From the human T2T-CHM13v2.0 reference genome, Homo sapiens: 64,000 bases of DNA. Under the pieces are notes generated by a model. That model saw only the letters and a list, made by a program, of their open reading frames with translations, did no database searches and had not been told where the DNA came from. Where the stretch lies: assembly GCF_009914755.1 (NCBI RefSeq), contig NC_060938.1, one strand, 5' to 3'. Position numbers and translations under genes: made by a program. Positions 41,591 through 57,257 of this stretch are shown here, piece by piece (positions within the stretch are counted from its first letter, which is position 1; each line of letters opens with the position of its first letter).

Positions 41591-42970
41591 AATCCAAATT
41601 AATTGCCTTTATTTACAAAGTTATTTTAGTAATCACAAAGAGAGAAGACTGCAGTATGAACTGGGGTAGCTGCAATAGATATAACAGGAAGGGAGCCAAA
41701 TTTGAGATATCTTTGGAGGAAGAATCAACAGGACAGAAAAGGGAGAGATTTTCTGGAGTTATTGGGGAAATCTTCATGGAAGAAGTAGGCATAGGAATGT
41801 AGAAGAAGCTGTGTGCAAAATGTTAGCAGGGATTGTCAGAAAGCAGAAAGATCTGCTAGGCACACGATTGCTGTGACTCATTATAAGGCAAAGGACAAGG
41901 AAGACAGCCACAGGTTAGAAAGGAGGAATGTTCATGGAGATTAAGTCAGGGACATTGAGACTCACAACTCAGTAGCTCAGGAGCTGTGGGACCTGGGGCA
42001 AACACTTAATGAAGCCTCCACTTCACATATTTAAGATGAGAATGATAATAGCTTGTGACCCATAATGTTGTTGTAAGGATTAAATAAGATACCGTATGTA
42101 AAGTGGTTAGCACAGTTCTGACACATAGCAAGGGCTGATAAATATTAGCAATTATTCTAATTACTGCTGGGATTCTGACACTGTTGGAGCATTGCCCACA
42201 GGAGATTGCAATCTTGTTGAGGAAACAAGATAAAACACATAATATATTTTAAGAAGGAAACCATTCAGAATCAAATGTTCAAATATAAAGATATGAGCAG
42301 CTCTAAGTTATTAAATTTTCCTAGTATAGTACTTCCTGTATCATAAAAAGATTTTGAATATTCATGCTACATAGTTGTATGTGAGTGTTGCAAACGGGTA
42401 GGGATGAACGGTGCTGCTTCTCTTCGTAACAAATGAGTTTTAGATATCACTGATTTACTGTCTCCACTGCCTAACAGCTAAGCTCCTGTTTGGTGTAACA
42501 ATGACTATCGCTCAAACAAGAAGAAAGAACGAAGAAAAAAAGTGATCTCAATTCAGTCTGAAAGTCTGTCCTTTGTTTTCATGTGGGAGAGCTAAGACAT
42601 AAACAGGCTGTTTCCTTTCATTTTGTCATAGAAGCATTTCATAAAGAATTTCAATTTCAACCTTTGGAACAAAGCCCACATTTGAGTAGTTTATATGCAG
42701 ATGGCTGTGGCTTAATGGCAACACATTCGAGTTCAAGTTCTTTTTCTGCTGTGTGCTTTGCTCTATGATATTGAACAACTTATATAATCTGCTGAGCCTC
42801 AATTTTTCATCTATAAAAAGAGGATAATAATTCTTACCTCAGGATTACTGTGAAGATCAAAAGAGGAAATTTAACTCAATGTCTGGAACAAAACAAGGAT
42901 AAAATAAAAATATTTTTGTAAGTACTGTAATGTCTATTAAAAAGTGAGACTGATTTTTACATACATATCA

Positions 42971-43422
42971 TGTATTGGGTTGACTAGTGTCCCCTAAAAT
43001 TTATGCCCACCTGGAATCTTAGAATGTGACCTTACTTGGAAATAGGGTATTTGTAGATGTAATCAAATTAAGAGGAATCATACTGGATTAGGGTAACTCT
43101 AACTGGTGAGATGGGAAATTTGGACACACAGAGAGGAGAATGCCACATAAAGACACAGACACTCAGGAGAGAATTCCATGTGAAAACAGAGACAGAGATT
43201 GGAGTGATATGTCTATAAGCCAAGGGATACCAAAGATTGCCAGCAACCACCAGGCACTAGGAGAGAAGCATGGAACAGATTCTCGCTCAGACCCTCCAGA
43301 AGGGACCAACCAAGCTGATGCCTTGATTTCAAACTGCTAGTCTCTAACAGAATAAATTTCTGTTGTTTTAAGTTACCCAGTTTGTGAGGACTTGTTCAAG
43401 ACAGCCAGAGGAAACAAATACA
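42971..43422 (+). mobile_element. MLT1B/C solo LTR
   Basis: tgtattgggttgactagtgtcccc...agaatgtgaccttacttggaaataggg...gaaacaaataca. Confidence 0.85.
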
Positions 43423-43444
43423 CAAACCAATACCTGTACCTCTT

Positions 43445-44270
43445 TGTGTCAATTAGGGTTGGCTAGATGTTGTGGTAGTAACAGAAGGTGCCCTACCCTT
43501 CATTCTTAGGGGTTTGCAATAGCACAGTCACACTTCTCACTCCTACCATATGTCAATCATAAATCAGCTGCCACTCCACACCATGTCACCTTCATCAGGG
43601 ATGCTGGCAGATGGAGCAGCCTCTGTCCAGAATGTTGCTTCTATCTGTTCTGTGGCAAAGGGAACAGAGACCCCAAAAATTCAACGGTTTATGGGATGAG
43701 AAGAGGAAACTGATTTCTCTACCCAACCAGTAAATCATAAAGTTGAAGTAGCCTTAAGTAAAAAAGGCCAGGCACAGTGACTTACACCTGTAATCCCAGG
43801 ACTCCGGAAGGTGAGGCGGGAGGATGGCTTGAGGTCAGGCGTTCAAGACCAGCATGGGCAAAATAGCAAGAAAATTTTTGAAAAACCAGCTAGGCATGGT
43901 GGCATGCACCTGTAGTCCCAGCTACTCAGGAGGCTGAGGCAGGAGTGACAAAGCTTTAATCAACTCAGCCCTGGGACAAGAAACAAATCAAGGATATTGC
44001 CACTATGCCATTTGTTAAAACCTCTGCATCAATTAAGAGGGTTCCTCATAAATTATTTCAGTCGGACGAAGTGGTATAGAGGAAGGGACATGGCAAACTG
44101 TGCATTGGCTCCTAAAGTTTCTGCCCATAATTGATCCACATAAATTCTGCTCACATCTCTCTGGCCAGAGCAAGCTTATGTCACTGGGCAAGTCTGATGT
44201 CATCATGTGGGCATGTATGTCCCACTTGTAGGAAGGGGCAGTGACTATCTTTAGTAATAATATAATTCAC
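43445..44270. mobile_element. MLT1K-like LTR interrupted by a ~400-bp insert (43672-44070) containing an Alu fragment (43766-43945, +)
   Basis: gatggagcagcctctgtc...ggcaaagggaacagaga resumes as catggcaaactgtgcattggctcctaaagtttctgccc. Confidence 0.6.
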
Positions 44271-44908
44271 CCAAATCTTAAATTAGATTATCCTTTCAGT
44301 AGTTGCTTTGATATCCTTTCAGTAGTTACTTGACAGGCGTTCGTAGTAGTACAGTGGTGTTGCTTTCATGTGGAAATGTGTTATTTTATGTAAAAATTTG
44401 ACCCCAAATGGCATTCCCCAGGTTGATCATTTACCTAGTCCCCAGATGTAGCTATAGATGACTTTTAGTTTATTTCCTGAAACTAAATCCACGCTCTAAT
44501 GTAGTAAAAATTTCCTCTGGTGAAGATGGTTGAAGGAAGGTACTACAGGGAACTCATAACAAGCAGCTACAAATATGTTGTAAGAAATGACAGCATCGCC
44601 AGAATCAGTGACGACCTCCCAGTGAAATATCACTAAAGGGCACAATGCTTGGTTAAAGTCACAGGTATAAATTTTAATATATATGAAGTATAAAAATATG
44701 TTCTATATAGTGTGTGTATACATAGATATATCTCCTGATGCATCTGCTTAAAAAGGGAAATTGACATGGTTTTAGGCATCCCTAGCACAATTCCTGAAGC
44801 AGAGAGTCACGACTACAAAATGATAATAATGGCTAGCCTGTGTGGAAAGCTTGCTATGTGCCAGACACTAAATGATTTACAGGGATTTTTTCATTTAACC
44901 CTTGTTAC

Positions 44909-45730
<822 letters not shown>

Positions 45731-45967
45731 GTCTTTGAGAGGGGCCTGAAGAGCCTCCGGGCTCCTGGGACATTGATGTAGAGTTTTTAGTGAAGTGGGC
45801 ACCTTTCTAGTCCACGGCATTTGAAGAGAGCGAGGAGAACCATTCTGGAAACTCTAGGCTATGCATGTTTAAAGATCTGGTCCCCTTTATGAGAATGCAA
45901 GCCGATCCACATCCTGACTTAAGAGATCTGATTCTGACGAACTGCCTGGAGGAGGGGAATATATAAA

Positions 45968-45973
45968 AATAAA
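45968..45973 (+). terminator. Candidate proximal poly(A) signal (AATAAA)
   Basis: AATAAA ~240 nt after the stop, followed by ggtgtcacttcttttct. A second candidate, ATTAAA, lies at 46057-46062. Confidence 0.45.
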
Positions 45974-48816
45974 ATTGGTGTCACTTCTTTTCTGCTATCC
46001 CCCAGCCCCCCCCCCCAAAATCCTCATGTTTCTGCTTCATATTTTGAAAAATAACAATTAAAACAGACAGCTGTACTGAGGTAAGATATGTGTGACCTTC
46101 TTGGAATGAATATTGTCTTTAGAATACCCTTTGATAAGCTGAGCTGTCCCGTGTAGATGCAATTCGGTTTAATGGCATTGATGTATAGTCACTGTGCCTT
46201 TCTTTTTCTTTCTTCCTTCTCCTCTACCCCTCCTTCCACCCCTCCCCATTAGAGTAGTGTGGAGATAAGGCTGGACTGGTCTATCAGATTGAACTCCAAG
46301 AATGATCACACAAAATGTTTAGGGAGATGTTCCCCGTGGTGTATCCTCATGGTAACAACGACAAAAAATGCCGGTTGTCTGTGTTCTCTTTTCACTATTC
46401 CTAACATGTGTACATGATAGCTTTGATTCTGCAAGTAAAAGTAAATCCTGTGTTGTGACTGGTGCTTTCATATATTTGTGACAATTTTTGAGTAATATTG
46501 CATGAAAATGTCCCTATGTTACATCCATTCAGAAGTTTTGTTGTTTTACTCTAAAGCTGGGAAAGGAAATGAGAGGGAAAAGACCCCGGAGAGGGAAGAA
46601 AATCTCAGTATTTTGAAAATTGAGATTACTTCAGAGCCTTAGCCACACCTAAAATACCTCCTAGTTAATAGTGGTATAAATGCCTCTTCAATACGTTTTC
46701 CAGAATCCAAAGCATTTTGGTTTATCCAGGACCCAGGGCAGCACAGCTGTCACCAAGCAGGAGAGTTAAGGATTCACCATGAGCTGGGAAATGCTTTTGC
46801 CATGAGTATGAGCAAATTCCCTCTTTCCCTGAATCATGGACATTCTAGATTAAAAGAACATTTTTTTGTGCTCTTAACAAGAAAACCATGGCCCTCCTTT
46901 GTTCAAGTATCAGAAGAAATAAACCCACAGCTCCAGAGAAGGTGACCATTCTCAGAACTCCAGCTATTCACTCTCCAGGGAGAAGGACCTCAAATCGCCA
47001 CTCTTTGGGCGGCAGGTGCGGTCCCCACGGCCGGCTCTACGAGGAAGAGTTCTGGCTCTTTTGTCCACTGAGATGGTCTTGGTTTTTCACTTAACAAATT
47101 TTTTAATGGAATCTTTGTTTTTGTTCTCCATCTTGTTTGTTAGAGTCTCTCGGCCTTTATTTACAAATTCCTTGCAACTAGAGCGCTCCTTCCCCAAGAT
47201 ATGGTAGTGAGAGTAATTTTTCATTGTAGCTGTAGTCTCCATCAGTAACAGCAGGCCCTGGAAGACTTGATCACCTTTTTCTGTGTCATTTTCAGTCAAA
47301 GAGGGCCTCTCTTACATCTTGTTTGCTTTCAAATCCCCAAATATCATCTCCATCTCCCAATTAATTTTATTGTCTCTTTCCTCTCTATTCGCTTTCTCCT
47401 GTTTTTTTTTTTAAAAAAAAGCATGAAAAAGGAAGAGAAAAAGTTTGATATGCCAAGGACAGATTTTGAAACAGACTTGGTAAATGTTTTCCTTAGCTCC
47501 TTCATGGGCATGCTGGTGAAAGAATAAATACATCCAATTAAAGCTCATGCTGGGGTCGGGGAGAAGAGGATACTGAAACATTTGTGAAATGTATGAATGC
47601 ACTTCTGTAACCAGATACTTCTGTTCTTCTGTTCAAATTGTGGGGTTTTTGTTACAGTTAGGACGCCCATGAAGATTTAGGGGTGAAAAAAACAGCAGAG
47701 TATTTATTAAACTACAGCATTGTACAATTAGCTTAGTAACACTATGGAATAAGCTAAAACATATCACAGTTTTTACATGGGCCAAAACATGAATTGAGTA
47801 TGTGGTCACATGAAAACACGGATGAATGAATAAAACACTCTTTGGTGGTGACTGAGGCATCATTAGAAGGCCCAGACGATTTCCACTATTCACAGCATTT
47901 CCTTTTCTCAGAAGGACTCTTTATATTTCCATGTAAATCTAGATCTTTGGAGCAATTAAGATGGAATTACAATTTCTAGGGAGCATTTTAAGGAAAATGT
48001 TTTGGCTTTTTCATAATTTTATGTCTTACAGTATGGAATTATAATACGAAAATCTTTATATGAGTTTTGGCTTCTTGGTATTTGTACTTATTCAGGGGAA
48101 AAAGTCTTTCGATTACTTATGCCTCTATAGAGCTTAATTTCTTGAGAAATTCAACAGTCATTTTCACCAGCATAATTTTATCTTAAGGAATAACTAATAG
48201 GAAAAGTCAGCTTAATTATTTAAGGCCCTAGTTTCTACATATAATATATTCGATAGAAATGAAAATCTGCCGTGGAATTAACTAATAAGTAGTAACAATA
48301 AACTTCATATTTAGAATGCAAAGTCTATAAAGAATAATTTTACATGATCCTCAATATCAACTCCAGTTTAAAAAGTGTTATTTTTAAAACATTTGAAACC
48401 AAGTACTGTTTAATTTCAATCAGAAGATGCAAATACATACTTTGATCTATGTTTGATTTTGCTAATAATATTTGAAGGAGATTGCCTACCAAGGACAAAA
48501 CAATAAATTTAAAAATCAAACGATTTCTCCATACGCTCATAGTCACATATGGAATTTTGAGAAAATAAAGCATGCTGTCTTTAGGAATTTTTATACTTCT
48601 TTGTCTTTCTTCCTTAATATTTGCTTCTAGCTGCTCTTGGCAATGATGAATTGTTATGTATGCATTAATGTTTTGCAGCCCAAAAGTTGTTCACATTTTT
48701 CCTATATAAGATCTGTGGAGTGTGTGTTTCAAAGAGAGAACTACAGAAATGTTAAAGCAGGAAAACCTGAATGTGATGTGCACATTTTCATCCCACATGG
48801 ACAATGTATGTGTTTT

Positions 48817-48822
48817 AATAAA
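48817..48822 (+). terminator. Likely distal poly(A) signal (AATAAA)
   Basis: AATAAA preceded by TGTA (48805) and followed by U/GU-rich sequence; sits at the end of the repeat-free UTR. Confidence 0.75.
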
Positions 48823-49457
48823 TGGAATTTTCAGATTCATTTCATATGCAGTCAATTTCATTGTGACGGCCACTGATTCTGTGGTCAATTTGAGAAGGAT
48901 CTGATGGTATGAATGGATGAGGAAATAGGAATCCATTGATTTTCTTTAGGATTTTGTTAATAGAGATGTCCGAAAGAAGAAAAAACTCACTTGACACTCT
49001 AAAAGCATTTCTTACTAGGTCTGTACATCTTGGGTACAGCCTTTGGGGACAGAGAAAGGTGGGGGCTGTGAGGAGAGCCCAGGGCTCTGATAGGGTGGAG
49101 TATGCAGACAGAGGAGCTGTATTTACACTTTCACTTGCTGCAGGTATGCCACAGTGGGCTTTTTCCCTTATGAAAAATAAAGACTGAACAACAGAAGTGC
49201 TGTTCTCTGTAGCTATCTGTGATTTAAAAGGAGTACAGGAGAAGCTAAGTCCTTAGAACTCTAGATGCAGCTGCTCCTTGGAGATCTTCTTAGTCGAGAA
49301 AGACTTCTGAATGTTCCTCAGATTATGCCAGTAACAGACCCTGTTAGTAAAGAAGGAAACACTGGATCTCCTGGGACTTGTGCCAGCAACAGCAGCATCT
49401 TTAAACCACGGATGAAGGGGGCCACTTGGAGTTTGCACACTAGTGCTCCACTGACAT

Positions 49458-49619
49458 CAGTGTTTCTCAGACTGTGGTCCATGGACCACTTGCTCCAGGA
49501 GTATTAATACCTGGAATGCCTCTTTACAAAGCGGATCCTGAGCTACCCACGAACTCAGAATCCCTGGCAGTGACTCAAGAACGTGCATTCTGTTACATGC
49601 TATAGTCTGAGGACCACTA
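49458..49619. mobile_element. MER5A-like MITE
   Basis: cagtgtttctcagactgtggtccatggacc...gtctgaggaccact. Confidence 0.75.
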
Positions 49620-50339
49620 CAGTATTTATGACAGCTAGCTTTTCATACTGCCAAAGGAAAGGCACAAACAACTCATAAATATTCTCGCTCTTCTTCCCAC
49701 AGCCCCCAGAAGTGGCTGCCTAGGCATGAACATGTAACTGAAGGGTGAGAATCTAGCCAGCAACTAGACATGCTACACTGAGGAAGACGCAGCTGGGCTG
49801 TGACTCTGCTCCTGTTTTGTTGAGCCCCTGTGGGAGGACTGCCTCCAGTTCTCATTCTTTAATAAGCTGGTCACATTGTAGATGGCACTTAGAATGACAG
49901 AGGGAATTGGAGCTGGGTCAGCTCCAATCCACAAATTGCAAATAATTTGCCAAGGGAAATCCCTTTCCCTTCGGTTCTGCCCCAAATCTACATTTTCTTC
50001 TATTTAGAACCAGGAGACTCAGGCAGAATTTATTTTAATGAAGAAGGCCATGGGCTCCTGGGCCTTTCCTCAGCAAGAACTACTGCTGTTTCTCTCTGGA
50101 AGTCATAAGAAAAGCCGGGAGCCGGGTATTGCATCTCCACAATGAAGCAACAGAAAGACGGGGCCTGGGGAGCTCAGTCCACACTGTGCTCGAGCATTAG
50201 CATGCACTAGAGAACCAGAACTAGGCTCCAGCGCTCCCATGCGACCTTGGGCAAGTCCTTTGACCTCTCCTGCTTTAAAGTGGGTACAAGAATGCCTGAT
50301 TCATTTATCTCACAAAATGGTTAAAAACAAATGAAAGAG

Positions 50340-50694
<355 letters not shown>

Positions 50695-51559
50695 CTACTT
50701 GACGGCAACCTTCGAAGAAAGGAAACCGCTAGATAGCTCCTGCTCACCTCTTAACTCACCTCCTTTCTCTCTAGCCCCCAAATGCCCTGGTTGAGACCCT
50801 CAGTGTCTCATGTCTGAATTCCCATCACACCAGCTGGTATGGGCATTCTGATGCTCATCTCCTCCCACTTTCACCCAGTTGACCCTGAGTATTCATTAGT
50901 CAGGACTTCTTTGATTGCAAGTGACAGAAACCTAATGCCCCAAAATAGGTCCCACTTCAAGCCCAGCTGGATCCAGATGCTTAGAGGATGTCATGGAATG
51001 TCCCTGTCATCCCTTGGCTAGGCTATTCTCTGTGCTGGTTTAATTCTCAGACTCTTGCCCCGCAGCATCAAGATGGTGTCAGCAGGCCCAGGTTTATATC
51101 TCAACAGTTTAGTAATCAAGGAAGAAAGATAACAACAGCTCTAGCAGAAGCCTCTGGCTATATCCCTGGAACCCTTCCTAAGACACTATTGGCTAGATCT
51201 GGTTCCTGTGCTCGCCCACCCCTGGACCTAGGGATAGAGGTAGAGTCACTGGGCCATGTGGGCAGAACAGTGGTTCTAAGGAAATTGAAGTCCTTTTGCT
51301 ACAGGAGGCAGGATTGAAAGTTAAAGGCAAAAAACAACTGATGCCAACCACATCTTAACAGATTTATTGATGTTACCTCATCTTTCACCATGTTCAGAAA
51401 CCCAAGGTTCTCTGGTTCATGGTGCTCTTTGTCAACCACATCATGTCCAATCTCAACTACCTGGCTCTCAAGGCCCTTGAGAGGCCCCACTTGGCTAATC
51501 CCATCTTGCCATCCAAACCCTCTTTTCCAGTTCATCCTGTCTCCTTCAGTGTGCTGTGA

Positions 51560-51811
<252 letters not shown>

Positions 51812-52115
51812 TAAACTTGCTTTTCTGTCAAGGTTTAGCTTGAATTCCACGAGGTCTATGAATGACTTCAGGAAATATGAACCTTTCTCCTCTCTCCACT
51901 CCTGTTGCCCTTGCTGTCAGTATTGTTGAGTATTTGACTGTGTTTGAGGCGTTGTGCTAGGGTAGAAGGCATGGCACCTGCCTTCCGGAGCTTGCGGTTT
52001 AATGGAGAAAATAGACAAGTGAATAGTCAGTTACCAAAGTGGTCAATTCTAGGACACAGAAGCTAAAGGGAGGGTAGAAGTGATGACCAGCCAGAGGAGG
52101 TGATGCTGGAGTTAA

Positions 52116-52433
<318 letters not shown>

Positions 52434-52689
52434 AAGAATCTTGTCTCTAGGGTAGTGTAACCTTTAGGAAGTAGACAACACTAGGTGGATGGGCTTCTCT
52501 TTAATCTTTCCCTCATTGTAGGGCAGCTGAGAATGAAGCTCTCCCCTGCAAAGGGGTGGGCGATTGGCTCTGCACACAAAACAATGGGCCAAAGCTGAGT
52601 GGAGGTCGTCACCTCTCCCCCTCCAACCTCTACTGGCTCCGTGTCTTCACAACATCATGGGGACATTGTCTTCAGCCAGCAGCCCTTTG

Positions 52690-52810
52690 GCCTGGGTGAT
52701 ACCACCATGCACCAACCTGGAAGTCAGATCTCGTGGGCTTCAGGCCCAGGGGCTGCAGGAAATACATTGCTGGCTGTATCACCTTAATTTTAGCCCCAGG
52801 GGAAGGGGCC
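52690..52810 (+). pseudogene. Highly degenerate 5S rRNA-derived sequence (5S pseudogene or AmnSINE1-like head)
   Basis: ataccaccatgcac...gtcagatctcg...gct resembles the 5S 5' half (ataccaccctgaac...gtctgatctcggaagct) with similar spacing; the rest is weak. Confidence 0.4.
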
Positions 52811-52859
52811 CTTCCACTATCTACTGGGAACACTATCTCTAATTGCCCTTCCCTGTGTG

Positions 52860-53055
52860 TGCATTTGGCGATTTACATTTAGATATAAATTAACTACAAC
52901 TTTCAATAAAATTAAAAATTTGGTTCCTCAGCTGAACCAGCCATGTTTTAAGTGCCCAAAGCCACATGCAGCTAATGGCTATTGTCTTTGGACAGCACAG
53001 ATATAGAGAACAGTTCCATCACCGTGGAAGGTTCTATTAGACAGCGCTGCTCTAG
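52860..53055. mobile_element. MER3/MER33-like hAT MITE fragment
   Basis: gccacatgcagctaatggctattgtctttggacagcacagatatag...ttctattagacagcgctg. Confidence 0.75.
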
Positions 53056-53469
53056 CATAATGGCAACCTTTTTTCCATCACAAACAACTGACTGAATATG
53101 CCTTCTCCTTGAGCCCAAATTTTGACAAAACATCAAAAAGAGGGTGAGAAAGTAAAAGTAGTGTAATGACCCCTAATAATCACAACAATTGGCCATTGGT
53201 CCTGGTAAATCATCATACAGGCTTTGGCATAGAAGAGATAGACTGCAGATTACATGTCATTCTTGGAACCCTCTAAGTCATATATTCACTCATCTCTCTC
53301 ACTCATGAACATACAATGATAATAATCATAATGATCACATCAGCCGCAACAATAAAGTGAATGCTTACTTAGTACTTACCTTTGAGCAAGGCACAATGCT
53401 AGACATTTTATAGACAGCACTTCATCTAATTTTCACACTAACTCTAGGACACGGTCATTATTTATCTCC

Positions 53470-53897
53470 TGTAGCAGATAGCTTTGTGCCTCATGACACA
53501 TCCACGATCCACTGCTGATTTCAGCCACAGCGGCAGTGGAGAGTTCTCTGCAAGCTCATTCTTCCCAGTGAAAATTGGTGCCCCTGGGGCAATCCTCAGC
53601 CAATGAGGGACGAGTCTGGAGAAAAGTCTCAGGCTCCCACCCTTTCAGAGGGACATCTCTGGATGCATTTTATATGATTTCTCTGAGCATCCCTAAGAGG
53701 ATGCCCAGTCCTCAATCAGCCACAAGAGTAACCAGCCCAATAATATGCCATATTGTTTTTCTCACTTAAATCTGCCTCATTTTCTCTCTTCCTACATTGC
53801 TTCTTTCTGGGATCACCCTCAACACTACCTTTAATAAACTACCTGCATCCAGGTCCTTGACTCAGGCTCTGCTTTGCAGGGATCTCAAAGTAACTCA
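53470..53897 (+). mobile_element. LTR16-like (ERVL) solo LTR inserted in a MIR (-)
   Basis: tgtagcagat...aataaactacctgcatccaggtccttgactcaggctctgctttgcaggga; MIR halves at ~53340-53469 and ~53898-54040. Confidence 0.75.
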
Positions 53898-54878
53898 CCC
53901 CTACTTTATAGATGAGGAATTTAGGGTTTAGAACGGTTGACATTTCTCTAAATTCCCATTGCCATGAAGTGGCAGACCAAGGATATAAACCTAGGTTTGT
54001 CCCGATTCCAAAGATTTAATTCTTAACCATTATCTTATGGTGTAAATTGGAATGTAAGTACATAAAAGGGAGGTGATAATAAAAGCTCTGAGTCTGTTCT
54101 TATTTATAGAATAAGCGGATTATTTATAAACTTCAAATCTCTGAGTTACTTCTCTAAAAGGAAGAAATCAGTGAGCTCATGTCAATATTTACATTTTCTT
54201 CACAGTGGTCATTTGGTACCTAGAAAGTATCAGCAGTAGCTTCCAGGTTCATCTTGCACTGAAAATATTTCCTGGTATCAAGGAGCCTGTGCAAGGAAGA
54301 ACAAGAAGAGTGATTCTAACAGGGAAGGCACAGAGTGTTTTTTTTTCTTCAGGACTTTCAGGAAGGAAAACTCTCTTCCTTTACTGACTACTCTTCCAAT
54401 ACCTGCTTTTCTGTCATCTTAGAGCCCAGTGACCCTCCAAGGGTCAGAAGCAGGGTCATCTGAGTAAGAGTAGAAGCTTCCAGAGACTTCACTCTCCAAG
54501 CCGTGATTTGAGAAAAGGATCAAGAACGAATTCTAGGACAAAGGCCCTTGCAAATGCAGTTTCAGGGACTCACTCAGAGCTTCTTTGGGAAAAAAGAATG
54601 GAGCTTATCTCCTTCCCCCACCGTCAATCTACTTCCTGTTCCTACTCCAGGGATATACGATGTCCCACTCAAGCTTGTAACACAGAATCCCAGCACAGAT
54701 CAACAGATGCTGCTACACATGCACACACTTGCGTATGTGTGCGCCCAAGGAAAGGCTGTTCCGGAATGCTTAGGAAAGCCAATTGTCACTCTAAGAAGGG
54801 ACCAGCATGATGTACTGGCATGCCCATCATAAAAAAATCACTACTCCCACCTCTAGGTTGTCTTGGTTTACTTTATAA

Positions 54879-55700
<822 letters not shown>

Positions 55701-56307
55701 TCTTATAGAATGCCTTTGAGTTCCACTCCCTACTTTCCAGATGGGAAAGTTGAAGTGCCATTCAAAATTATATAGAAATGTAGTGGCAGAGTCATGAGTA
55801 GACCGTAAATGGAAAGAGGAGATGATTCAAAAAGGCAGCATAGAAGTGTTTTAGGTCATTCCCTAGGACCACGTTCGAATGTTTTCTAGGAAAACGTTCC
55901 TGAATTCAATTTCATAATTAAACAGCATATTGAAAGACAATTTTCCACAAAAACAAAAGCGAAATCATGACTCTCACATAGGTATTAAATGAACACGTCA
56001 AAGATTTTCTCTAACTCATTATTAATAAGGAAACAAGGCAGATGTTACCAGTGGCCAAAGCAAAAATAAATAAAAGAGATTTAAAGATCAGGAATACTGA
56101 AATGAATTTGCAAATGGGTGCAAAATTGGCCTCTTTCACAAAGGAGGAGACAAGTCAGTTAGGCCTCCACTAGACATGATTCAGTTGCATGTCTAAAACA
56201 AGGATTCTTTTGCATTGCTATCAGTTATCTACAATTTACAGTTACGAAATAGCTCAAAGGCAAGGAAAGGCACTGAGCTCCCACAGAATCAGAATTAGAT
56301 AATTCCG

Positions 56308-56459
56308 AGTCAAGTGCTGAGGCTCATGCCTGTAGTCCCAGCTACTCAGAAGGCTGAGGCAGGAAGATCGGGCTGAGGCGGGAGGATCGCTTGAGCCCAG
56401 TCCAGCCTGGGAAACATAGCAAGACCCTGTTTCTAAAAACAAAAAAGAGAAAGAAAAAA
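56308..56459 (+). mobile_element. FLAM-type monomeric Alu with an internal 19-bp tandem duplication
   Basis: TSD agaattagataa(t/c)t at 56291 and 56460; ggctgaggc(a/g)gga(a/g)gatcg occurs twice. Confidence 0.85.
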
Positions 56460-57257
56460 AGAATTAGATAACTTGGAAGAGTAATACTATAAACAATGCA
56501 TTGTTTTCTATTGAAGTACCGGTTTTTCCTTACTTTTGAGACCACTTCAGGTGCCAGGCACTGAGTTAAGCTAAGTAATTCAGAAAAAAGAAGAACTTAG
56601 TTTGTATCCTGTTCTCCAAGATCTTACAATCCATTCCTATTACATCCCATCACTAACACTAAAGAGCACCTCTTTTCTCACAGAAAGACATGGCATTTCT
56701 TAGGGCTTATCTCTATCTGTTGGGTAATAAAAGCTAACATCAATTTAGTGCCTACCGTGTTTTGGCTCTTAACACCCTCCCAAAAGCCTTATCAGATAAT
56801 AATATCCCCTCACATTACAGAATAGGAAACAGAAGCTAGAGAGTTAAGTCCCATGTCCAGAATCTCAACCGGTAAGGTTGTTTTGAGGGCCCAAACCTCA
56901 GAAGATCCAGCTCCACCTTCACGCTCTCCCTTAATCTGGTGCGAAGTCAGCAAAGGGACTCCTCGTTGGCAAGAAACGCATGATGCAGTTAGTATTCACA
57001 CCAGAAAGGGCAGTCATTTTGACCCTTGAGAATCATGTGTTTTTATTAAACCCCTTAACTCAGTCAGAATTTTTAACAGCACTTTGCTTAGTAATAGACA
57101 TGGTAGGACCTGAAAGAGATGTTTTGGTTCCTTCATCTTTCTTGGTGGATAACTATTTCTAGACGGTCTAGGAAGAAGAATTTATAAAGGTATTCTCTCA
57201 GAGAGACATGGGCATTACAGATGGAGTTGAGAAGTTGTGCCGAGGGTTGGCTCAGAG

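Larger units (their letters stand above)
45731..48845 (+). other. GNG2: GNG2 long 3'UTR (3' end approximate)
   Basis: Repeat-free, AU-rich ~3.1 kb after the stop codon, ending shortly after AATAAA at 48817. Interspersed repeats resume at ~49.4 kb. Confidence 0.8.
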
